NCBI GenBank assembly: GCA_013265495.1
Contig: MU058103.1
Span: 1,000,870-1,064,869, forward strand
Origin: Vicugna vicugna
Lineage: Eukaryota
DNA length: 64,000 nt
Reading direction: 5' to 3'
Below, piece by piece: positions 53,321 through 64,000 of this stretch; positions within the stretch are counted from its first letter, which is position 1; each line of letters opens with the position of its first letter. The translations under genes and the position numbers were made by a program. Below the pieces are notes generated by a model. That model saw only the letters and a list, made by a program, of their open reading frames with translations. It was not told the origin of the DNA and did no database searches.

Positions 53321-54439
53321 TTCTGTACAAGGCAGTTCCCTTCCTAACAGAAATTCTGTTTGTCAGAATGATAAACTCTTCTCTCTCTTTGCCCTCATTT
53401 CTGTGGAGGTTCAGCTAGGTTAAATGACACGCCAAGATCACAAGACTCCTAAGGAAGATGGGCTGGTACGTAGAAGTTGCTTTTGTGAATAAGAAAGAGA
53501 AGCCTATGTTGACTGCTCCCAGTGGACGCGGCATCAGGTCAGGCGCACCCCATAGTTGACAACAGAGCTACCCCGGAGGTCCCTTTAATCCCGCGCATTC
53601 TACGGACAATGAGACTTGAGACTCAAGAGTGTGAGGCCCCTTTTCAAGGTCAAGCTAGGATTTGACCTATTTATGTTTTCTGCGCAAAGAAAAAGGAAGG
53701 AAAGGACCAATATTGGAAAAGGAGTCTGTTGTAGATGACATTGGGTGACTGAGGGGCCCTGGGGACTTAGTTTTAGTGTGAACGTTTGCTCTGAGAGGAT
53801 GCAGAGCCCTGTCTGCATTTTTGCTGTTCTCTAGCTCATGAAATAGATGCATTTTCCTCCTTCCCGCTCTCTGTTCTTCGGGTGTTCTGGCTATCGGGAG
53901 GGCTGGTGTCTGTCGGCTTACAGATGCTAGCACTGAAGAGGCTGTCTCCTCCCTGGTTTGACCCTCTGTGCTCTTTCTTACTTTCTCTGTAAGGCTGGCA
54001 GCGCAAGGGCAGTTCTGGGCTTGCCTGTCAGCAAAGGGGTTTTTGTCATCAATCTTTCTCTGCATGTGGAGGAGGAGCGTGGCGAGAGAAACTGCTGTCT
54101 GCAAAGATTGCTCTGAAGGTGGAGAAAGATTATTCACATGGCCCCTTCCTTAGAGACTGGCACTTACAGAGAGGTCTGTGATAGGCCTGGGTGAGACTGA
54201 AAAGTGAACTAGGAAGAGGCTCTCACAGCATCCTGGCGGGAACCTCATGCAGGCCTTTCTCCTGCCTGGCCAGGCCAGCTTTCTGGCCCCAGCAGTTTCT
54301 TGGTGTCCTCCTTTTCTTTCAAGCCAAGGCCATGGAATAAATATCGTTCCCTGCTTTGGTCCCTTCCCAGCACAGCAGAACTTTCTTTCCTGCTACCTTT
54401 GCAGACCAGCTCCCAGCATCTTTTGAGAGGTACCTGTTT

Positions 54440-54660
54440 TAGCAGTAAGAGCACAGTCTCTGGGTTCAGATCCCAGCTCTTCCATTTCCTGGCTGTATGA
54501 CCTTGGGCCAGCTGCTTGAACTTGCTGTGCCTCAGGTTTCCTGGTGCAGCAAGAGGAGCTGATGTCGGGAGCATCTTCCGCATACAGTCAATGTGAAGAT
54601 GAAGGCAGTTAATGTTTGTAAAGCACTTGTAAGAGTACATGGTGTTTATCAAGTGTTACC
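54440..54660 (+). mobile_element. MIR
   Basis: TGGGTTCAGATCCCAGCTCT...GCTGTATGACCTTGGGC...GTGCCTCAGGTTTCC...GTAAAGCACTT. Confidence 0.8.
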
Positions 54661-55934
54661 TGAGTGTTAGACTGAAAGTGTAACATGTAATCTCTGAGGA
54701 TGAGTAGACACCGATCTCAAAAGTTAGAACATTGCTTGACACCAGGGGTTCGGGGTGTGTATCTTCTCAGCTCTCCTGGGAACTTCCTTTCCTGGTATCT
54801 GGTCCACTTTATTGAACTGACCTCTATTCATGACTAACTGCAGGCTTTGTGAGGGAAGAGCTCTGTTTATCCTATTTATTATTTCATCCCCACTGCCTAC
54901 TACTGCATAATTCATTGAAATCCTTACTGTTTCAGTCTCTTGTCCACATTGAAAATTCACTTTGGGGAAAGTAAGTGAAAAAGGGATTGAGAATCAGACC
55001 TCTGTTTTTTTTTTGTTTTGTTTTGTTTTTTTGATTTTTGACCTATTCTACTAGAAATCTGGGGGGATTCCTTTTCTTGACAGAAGCCCCATCTCCATCA
55101 TCAGCCAGAAAGTCATCCAGTGAGAAAAACAGAAGACATGAGACCCTTCACCTGGCCTGTGTCAGTTAGCAGGGGATCTGTCCTGCTTGAGAATCATCAT
55201 CCCCTCTCAGCTTTCCCTTGTGCTACCTGTGGTGATTTCCAATCAGGGTAGATCAAGGGCATTCGAAACCTTGCACAACTTGTCCAGGGACCAGTGAGGT
55301 GGAACTGAAGATTCGGGAAATGGTCCAGGTTATTTTGAGGAAACTTGGGGTTAAAAGATCTGGAGCTACCCTTAGAGCTGCCTAATTTCCCTGGGGAAGC
55401 TTCTGACAAGTGTCACACCATTGCTGAGACCAAAGAGCTGAGGCAGTTTGGCATGGCCAAGAAGAAATGTGCTTAACAGGAGATAAACTCATTGCCAGAG
55501 TCAAAAAAATAGAATAGAAATTTACAGTAAACTGCCTTGCTTATATCCACTCACGTTGTAAATACAGAAAAGGAAGTTTCACAAAGGAAAATGGAAAATC
55601 ATTCTCATTCACAGTAATAATGAATAATAGCTTTAAAAACCTGAGAGCAAAATTCCACAGATTAAGTGCAGAATTTTGCTCTTACAGATACTTGAGGAGT
55701 GTGTGTGTGTGTGTATACATACATACATATGTGTGTGTATATTATAAATTTGTATTTCAATCTACAGAAAAATACATTTTTATAGTACAAGTTTCACCTC
55801 AAGTAAAGGCAAATTATTTTGACCTGATTCCTTCCAAGTTCCACTTACCTCTTTGTCCCAGATGTCCCAGACATCTATGGCCTTTGGCACACTTGAATTC
55901 CAGAACATTCCAAAAGGACTGCAGGAGGAGCACA

Positions 55935-56150
55935 GGCTTTGCATTTGTATTCTAGCTCCTCCATTTACTGGATGTGTGACCTGAGACAGGTTAATCAGCC
56001 TCTGTCAACCTCAGGTTTTTAGCTGTAAAAACCTGGAGATAATTAAAATGTCAGCCTCTCAGAGTAGTTGGGAGAATCACATGAGAAAATGTTGCTTAAA
56101 TCATGTACCTCAACGCTTATCAGTTCGTAAGATCCGCTAAATAGTTACTG
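55935..56150 (+). mobile_element. MIR
   Basis: TTCTAGCTCCTCCATTTACTGGATGTGTGACCT...CCTCAGGTTTT. Confidence 0.65.
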
Positions 56151-57844
56151 GATGCTCTAGTGTGTGATGGAGCAGACGTCCTAAAGCAGTGGCGGTGGCC
56201 TGTGTGCTCTCAGTAAGAGTGAGGATCTGGAACGGTCCTCTCTCAATAGGCTTTATGATACATCTCGTTAGGCCTTTTATAACCCAGAAAGCATAGTACC
56301 CCCGAGACAAATGGACTTCCTTAAGGGCTGCTACCGCAGTTACTTTATATTTTATCTTACAAAAGACCTTTCGTACCCTAGGAGGCCAATGAATATTTGT
56401 AGACTGAGTTAATTAAAAACTAACCAGCCTGAATCCTCAATTAACAAGGTGTTGTTATTGTATTTTCCGACACTTCACTGAGGAGGAAAAAGAAACAAAC
56501 AAACAAACAAACAAATAATGACAAGCTAATATTGGAATTTAAGGAAATTTAATTGTGTGCAAGCATGCATGTTAATCCCTTAGGTATGTTCTGGGGTAAA
56601 GATTCAATAGGGTATAAATTTTCTATGTATTCTGCATCTATACCTTCCACCCTAGGTTATGAAAATCCTTCTTCAGACAGGATATTTAACTACTAGAAAT
56701 AAATAAATTGTCCATTTATTGGTGTGGGAGGCCCTTGTCAAGGGGAAGACAGGAGAAGTAACATTGGTTTGGTACTTAGAAAGCTAAGGCCTGTCTACCA
56801 GTTGGCTCTGTGAACTTGGATGAGGTGCTTCTCTCTGAGCCAGCTTTTCCTTTGTATAAGGAGAAGATTGAACTTGATCCTCTATAAGGTATTTTCCCGC
56901 TCTAAAACCTGTATAAGTATATGGTTAGAAATTTGATTGATGCTTTAGAAACACTTGTGAATTCCTCTGTTATAATGCTTAACAGTACACATAGAAACGA
57001 TGTGTTTTTAAATCTGTGTGTTTCACTAGACTGTGAACTTCTTTAGGGCCTGGCTTAGAGCCTCGAACAGAGTAAATTTTAAAGGATTAATTAATTTTCA
57101 TTAAATTATGCTGATCCAAGATAAGAATAAATTTCCAAATTTGAATTGTGATTTAGTTTTTCTTTTAAAAAATGACAGCTAATGACAATTTTCAAATGTC
57201 CTTAGATATTATTATTATTTCAAATGCACTTCAGATAAATGTAGTGACCTGGAGGGTTAAAATTAAATAATTAAAAATAGTTCCATTTGCCATTTTTCGA
57301 AGGGTATAGAGGTACACTGCTGAAAGCAGCCTTTTCCTTCTCAGTGGGGTGATGTATAGCACAGGTGCCTCTGCCTTTGAATTTGCTGTGATCAACATTT
57401 TTATGTGTGGCTTTACTGAGGGTATAGCAGACGGTTCATGAAATGCAAGACTGACAGGATTCTGGGCAGGAGAATGCATGAAGTTTCCAACCGGCTCATG
57501 ATCCAAAGAGATATCAACAGGCCACAGTGACAAGACAATTTAATTCTCACAAAATGCTGCTTAACAAAGATGAATGTTCTACCCAGAGATCTCAAAAAAC
57601 CAAACATGTTTGGACAGGATCAGAGAGAGACGGTTTAGTGGTTGCAAATGTGAACTATCTCCAGGATTCTAAAATAATTACAGTGATGGTAACAGTGGTA
57701 GCCATCATTTACTGTGTACTTATTATGTGCCAGGCACATTCCAGATGTTTCAGCTCTGAGTTCCAAGACCAGCACCTCTCCAGTATGCCCCGTTGGACGT
57801 TCACTGAAGACGACTAGTGACGGGGCTTTCACAGCGCTGCCTGA

Positions 57845-58330
57845 GCCTAGAGTGAGTTAACCTGGTGAGGCAGGTGGAGTCTCTTGTTCTGTTCTCATCA
57901 GACCTGATTGACATTTGTGTTCAGGTTTCAATTCCACAATTTCTGAAGTACATAGGTGGTATGTTCCAGGAGAAAGTGAGGGGTCTTAGAACCTTATTTG
58001 CTGAGGATTAGTTGGAAATTTGAGGAGAAAAATCTGAATAAGTGGAGAGGAGAGATGATACATGTTATTAAATACTGAAAAGGTTACCATGTGGATGTTG
58101 AGTTAGGCCTCTTTTATCTAGATCTTGAAGGAAGAAGCGTGATGAAGAGTGAAAAGAACAGAGAAATAGATTTGGCTTCACAGAGAAAAAAGTGCTAATA
58201 GTGAGTTCTGGTCTAATACAGAGGAGTTACTGCTAAGTGAATGAGGGGCCTACTGGTAAAAGTACGTGGAGATAAATTGAATATTCATTGATGGGAAGGG
58301 AAGACTAGATTTGGACTGATGATAGAATAG
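57845..58330 (+). mobile_element. CR1/L3 remnant
   Basis: TCAGACC...TGTGTTCAG...AAATACTGAAAAGGTTACCATGTGGA...AGATTTGGCT resembles L3 3' ORF2. Confidence 0.6.
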
Positions 58331-58963
58331 ATGTTTCAGATCAATTTCAAGCCAGTGATTTAATTATTTTATGATAATATATCAATGGAGAATACTTTTG
58401 AGCTTGCAGTCAAATGCTTTTATTATCTTTGTAAAGCTTCCACATATAAAACTCTGCTAGATATTGTATAAAAACAGGTATAACCCCTAACACTTCAAAT
58501 AGTATAATTAAGATGTTTCTGTATTGTTTTCAATCTTTTAAATTTACTTCTCATAATAATCTTTACATGTAGGCATTATTTTATACATTATCTAAGATAA
58601 AACTGACACTCAGGAAGTTCAGAAGCACGCCCAACATACTGTTAATTAGCAGTAGGTGCATGATTCACACACAAATGATCAACAGTTCTAAATAATGCAT
58701 CTTCCTCCATATTTCCCTAAAGATCTGAAAATTAGAGCAATTTTTAAAAGACTTGCAGTTTTGGATCATTTTAATAATAAAAGTCATATATTTTTGTTCT
58801 GTTAAATTTGGAAAATAGAGTCAAAATAATTAAAAAGTAGACTAATGTTATTCATAACACCACCATCTATAAAATTACTCTTAATATTGTCATGTATAAT
58901 TCTGTGATATTTTCATACATATTTTTATAAACTCCATACATACACAATAAAAATAAGTATTAT

Positions 58964-59088
58964 GGGGGTAGGGTATAGCTTGGTGGTAGAGCGCATGCCT
59001 AGCTTGCCCAAGGTCCTGGGTTCAATCCCTAGTACTTCCACTAAAAGAAAGAAATAAACCTAATTACCTCCCCCACAAAACTAAAAAA
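58964..59088 (+). mobile_element. tRNA-Ala-derived SINE (Vic-1-like)
   Basis: TAGCTTGGTGGTAGAGCGCATG...GGTTCAATCCC...CCTAATTACCTCCCC. Degenerate TSD AAAATAAGTATTATG / AAAATTAATACTATG. Confidence 0.9.
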
Positions 59089-59479
59089 ATTAATACTATG
59101 TATAAATATTACACACACAGACAAATACATGTACTTTTTATAATGAAATGAGACTAGCTGCCCTGTGGTGTTCTTTGCCTTGTGTTGGGAAAGAAAATAT
59201 TGTGAGTGTAGTCTAGCGTCACTAAATATCCTTCTAAAATATAAATTTTATTTGCTTCAGCCTAAAGAGATACTAAGAGGACAGATAAATCTGCTTTGAT
59301 TGACATGCTAACAGAGTCGCTCCCTTGCAGCACTGAGGCTCAGGGGCAGTCACTGCAGGGAGTGAAGGACCCATTGCTTCCTCTGCCCTCAGCCTGGAGC
59401 TGGATCAGGAGCAGCTCACGGCAGTCCCTTGATGCCCTTTATTGCCAGGCTGCCTGAACTAGACACTGTCCAACTCTAA

Positions 59480-59880
59480 CCTCTCTCTCTGCTCCAAACT
59501 CTGTAGCCCCATTCTCCCCACTGAAATTGCCAAATCCATTTCAGCCTCAGATCCTGTGCTCTGAACATTCAGATGGTCTGGAAAGCTTCCCTCAGAAATT
59601 CACTTAGACCTCTGCTCCAACATCGCCTCCTCACGGGGCTTTCCTGACCAGAGATAAGCCCTGCCCACTTTCCCATCACCTACCTTTACCCTGCTTGAGT
59701 TCCTGTATCCCACTTCACTCCCTGCCACCATATCATACGTGTATTTGCTCCTGGCTATTTTTCTTCTCCTTTATTAAGTATGGGGAGGTTTAGAGCTTCC
59801 ATCATGTCAACAGTAACTAGAAGAGTGGCTGGCACAGAATGAGTACCTGACGTACACTTAGTGCATGACTGAATGAGTGA
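59480..59880 (+). mobile_element. L2 3' fragment
   Basis: CTTTCCTGACCA...TGGCACAGAATGAG...TGAATGAGTGA. Confidence 0.6.
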
Positions 59881-62599
59881 GGATCTTGTGCAGCATGCTT
59901 GGCAGTGAGATTCTCTTTTATTTGGAGCATGTTAGGAAACCAGGGAAGGGTTTTGGACAGCTTCCTAATATTTCTTCATGCCTGATCTAAGAGAGATCAG
60001 TTAAGAGGCCTGGAGTTTAGCACAGAAGTGGGTTTGTTCATTTAAACTAGAGTTTTGAGTAAAGAACACAAACGAGAAATTGTTCTGAAAAAAAGGCCAG
60101 GAAGAATAGGCCAGGTTTCCAGTAGGAAGGATCTGGACAGAGAGAGGGAGGAGACGGAGCCAGATCAATGGTCACCTCACAGTCACACCTAATAAGTAAA
60201 TCTGGGAAATCCCACAAGACCAGGTACAAATACTAACCTTGTCTTTGTTCACTTTCATACTTGCAAGGTGAATATATTTAAAGGACCCAAAACAAACAGG
60301 AACTATCTTGTTTTTTATCAGAAGAATAATGGTAAGCTCATCCACTGTCTATCTGGATAGGTGATTCCAGCCTTGGGTTTCAATTTGCTTGCATTTTTAA
60401 GATCCTATGAAAGAAAATGTGCTCAAATTGTGATTTTTGAGAAGAGAGTTATCCATCAGTGTTAGAGTCTTGATGAGGCTGTATAGATTTCCTAAGAAAG
60501 ACACTTCTGCAAAGGTGATAACATAGTTATCTCCCTGTCATGTAGTGTAATTGATAGCACTATTCAAAATTAATGGACTTCAGTGTATAGTAGATTAATG
60601 CACAGTATGTGCAGAGCAGAAACGATTACTTATGGGATTCCAACCCGCATCCGGAATTAGACTAAAGTGCAAAGAGAGGGATGAGGGAGACCTCATGGCT
60701 AAGTAAAGACAGAGAAATTTTACATCATGACATTGGTCATAAAATTAGGCTTCACAAATCCATAACCCTGAAAGTGAGACAGAAGGGTGTTAAAAGAAAG
60801 CCCGCCGTTCTTGTGGGAACCATCTCTTGTATTTATTTCATTACTCTGAGCTTATAGTTCCCATTAGTGGCTCTGCTTCAGCTCTTGTAAACCTGGTAAC
60901 ATACGGTACTTGAGAAAAATTACATTAATAAAGGATTTCTATTGGTCTTCTATGACCTAAATTAACCACAGGATAGTTTAATAGGTGCAGGGCAGCAAAC
61001 ATGATAAGAACAAACTTACTTGCAAGTGTAATCAAAAGGAATGGTCTCTTTCTGGTTGGACTGTGGAGGAAAGTAAGGGGAAAAGACAGAGAGTCAAATC
61101 AGGGAGAAGCAGAAAGATGGGAGGAAATGGATGCAGCCAGGCTGCCACTCATCGAGAAGCTGATGTAGAAGCAACGGGTTGTCTGGTTCCCCCTTGAAGG
61201 CTGGATGGGGAGAAGAAAGTACCTTTCCAGGATGTTAGAAAAGAGCTCACCAAATGGATGAAATAATTTTTCCCCTTATTTCTGATTCGCTAGCAGATAG
61301 AGCAAGGATTTTGGAGCCATAGAATTCTTGGTTCAGATCTTGGCTCTTTTATTTGTTCTGTGTATCATTTTTGGATAAGTATTTAAACCCCTGGGATATA
61401 AGTCTTTTTAGCCACACAACAAAGGCAAGCAAACCAATTTGTAGTGTTATTGTGAGAAATAAGATAAGGTCTGTCAAAGACCCAGCACGATGCCCAGAAC
61501 AGGACTGGCACTGACAGTGCTCACTCCTGCACTAAAGGGCTCCAACATTGTAAGATTTGTGGTCTATTAAGCATCGTGTCTCAAGGTATCCAAAGTCATG
61601 ATGCAAGTGCAAAATTAGGATGATCTGCCCTTAGTTTCTCACAAAAGTTCTAGTCAAAGCAGGGATGATAAAAATGGGCTAGGACCAGCTTCTAGGTCAA
61701 TGGCATGTTTCACTCCTTCCGTCTAAAATACGATCCTTCCCTCGTGAAGTCGGACTGTCCGTGACTTGTTGGGAAACGTTCCAGGATTCCTTACATGCCT
61801 TTTTACCCCAAGCTGCATTAGACACCTATCTCACAGGTCACCCTAGCCCTTATCATGGTTCCCACAGGATAAATCCTTCAGGGGAATGGCTACATTGCAT
61901 CTCCCGTGTTAATTTCCAGAACTAGACCACAAGACTGTGCATTCCTTGAAGTTCTTATTTATTCTTATATGTTCAGGTCCTGATTCTGTGTCTGGCATAG
62001 TTATCGTTAAGCATGTGCTTTTTACACGAATGAGAAATATTTTGCAAACTGACCTTGAGAAAGCTGCTAAAACCGTTCTGAGCCTCTGCTTCCTCATGTA
62101 TATAAAATGGGAGAAAATGTATACCTAGCAGGTACAGTGAGTCTGGGCTGGACTATGCACTCATTAAGTGAAACTCTGGTTCATTATCATTATATTATTC
62201 TAATGATTGTGTTCAGATATAATCCAAAATACATAATTATTGAGTAGTTTTTAAACATTTAGTGTAAAAGATACATTAAGCCCTTTAATTTGCAAGGTTT
62301 CTATTTCTCTACAAGATGCCATTTGCCCTTTCCAGCACAGGGATCTCTTTCTGTGTCCTCTTTGCTCTCTCTCATGAGCTCTTACATTTATTCTGTCTGA
62401 CGCACTCAAATCCATTAAGTCTAATGAACATCTGTTCTGACATTACACTGCTTAAATGTGGCCAGTGTGCCTTATGATTTTTGCTTTTAACAGTGACTTT
62501 GCATAGTCTGTATTTCTAAGATTTAGCAGAGCTGAACGTCACTTTAATATTCCTGAGATCCAGAGAGTAGCTGTTAAATTTCTACCAACACCTTTAAAA

Positions 62600-62975
62600 T
62601 TTATATATTTATTTAAATTTTTTTATATTGAAGTATAGTCAGTTTACAATGTTGTCTCAATTTCTGGTGTACAGTATAATGTTTCAGTCATACATACACA
62701 TACATATATTCCTTTTCATATTTTTTTTTCATTGCGGGTTACTACAAGATATTGAATATAGTTCCCTTTGTTCAACAGAAGAAAGTTGTTGTTTATCTAT
62801 TTTATATATAGTAGTTAATATTTGGAAATCTCAAACTCCCAATTTATCCCTTCCCACCCTCTTTCTCCCTGGTAACCATAAGTGTGTTTATGATGTCTGT
62901 GAGTCTGTGTCTGTTTTGTAGATAAGTTCATTGTGTCTTCTTTTTTCTTTTTTTAGATTCCACATGTGAGTGACA
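62600..62975 (-). mobile_element. Lineage L1 3'UTR fragment
   Basis: TTGAAGTATAGTCAGTTTACAATG...TTAGATTCCACATGTGAGTGA. Confidence 0.9.
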
Positions 62976-62976
62976 C

Positions 62977-63700
62977 TTTTCTTTTTAACTGAAGTATAGT
63001 CAGTCAGTTTACAATGTTGTGATAATTTCTGGTATACATCATAGTGATTTATACACACACACACACACACACACACACATTCCTTTTCATATTCTTTTTC
63101 ATTGTAGGCTATTACAAGGTTTTGAATTCAATTCCCTGTTCTATACAGTAGGACCTTATTGCTTATCTATTTTAGATATTGTTGTTTATCTGCTATATAT
63201 ATATATATATATAAATTATATATATATTTATATATATATATATATATAAAATCTATTTTGAGTATCTGCAAATCCCAAACTCCCAATTTATCCCTCCCCA
63301 CTCCCTTCCCCCAGTAAACATAAGTTTGCTTTCTCTATCTGTGAGTATTTCTGTTTTATGAGCAAGTTTATTTGTATCATAATTTAGATTCCACATATAA
63401 GTGATATAATATAATATTTATCTTTCTCTTTCTGGCTTACTTCACTTAGTATGACAATCTCCAGGTCCATCCATGTTGCTGCAAATGGCATTATTTCATT
63501 CTTTTTTATGACTGGATGGTATTCCATTGTATATGTATATTACAACTTCTTTATTCAGTCATCTGTCTATGAACATTTAGGCTGCATCTGTGTCTTGGCT
63601 ATTGTAAACAGTGCTGCTATGAACACTGGGGTGTGTGTATCTTTTCAAATTAGAGTTCCCTCCAGATATATGCCCAGGAGTGGGATTGCTGGATCATATG
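62977..63700 (-). mobile_element. Second lineage L1 3' fragment, in tandem, containing (AC)13 and (TA)n
   Basis: A new T tail plus GAAGTATAGTCAG at 62977-63003, running to GGATTGCTGGATCATATG. Confidence 0.9.
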
Positions 63701-64000
63701 TCTACCAGGACTTTTGAATGTTGATCATATAAAAGATGCAGCACTAGTCACTACAGGGAGATATAAACCTAAGCACGGCTCTGCCTCTACCCTTGAAGTT
63801 CAAGGCCTTCGATCCAGTAGTCTCCCATTAAACACGCTGAGAAGAGTCCTCACTGTGCTATTCTCCGCTATTCTCCACCACTGTGAATTGGATCTGTTGA
63901 GTCAAGCAAATGTTGACTGGGCAGCCTCTCACGTGCCAGATCGGGGGCTACATGCCTGGAAAATGGGGCTGAAAATGGCACATGCTCCATCCGATGGAGC

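Noticed and set aside
53667..54137. 156-aa ORF
   Set aside because: Non-ATG start, no recognisable homology, and a length plausible by chance in 64 kb
1..64000. CRISPR arrays, operons or other prokaryotic systems
   Set aside because: No regularly spaced repeats or gene-dense coding sequence; the repeat content is mammalian

Overview
AT-rich mammalian genomic DNA with no recognisable protein-coding exon. Three tRNA-Ala-derived SINEs match the camelid Vic-1 family as I recall it, so the source is probably a camelid. Roughly half of the window is interspersed repeat: L1 pieces of many ages (mostly minus strand), L2, MIR, CR1/L3, ERV LTRs and hAT/Tigger fossils, often nested. Family names come from remembered consensus motifs, not a search, and boundaries of old repeats are approximate. 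The most unusual item is a ~350-bp TSD-flanked retroposon at 16327-16680 that joins the first ~160 nt of an L1 5'UTR directly to the last ~190 nt of an L1 3'UTR at an AG. It is a candidate spliced, non-autonomous 'mini-L1'. Other leads are 3'-truncated L1 inserts, an ~84-bp palindrome, a CpG-enriched segment with a 211-codon ORF, and an L1 strand bias suggesting an intron of a + strand gene.
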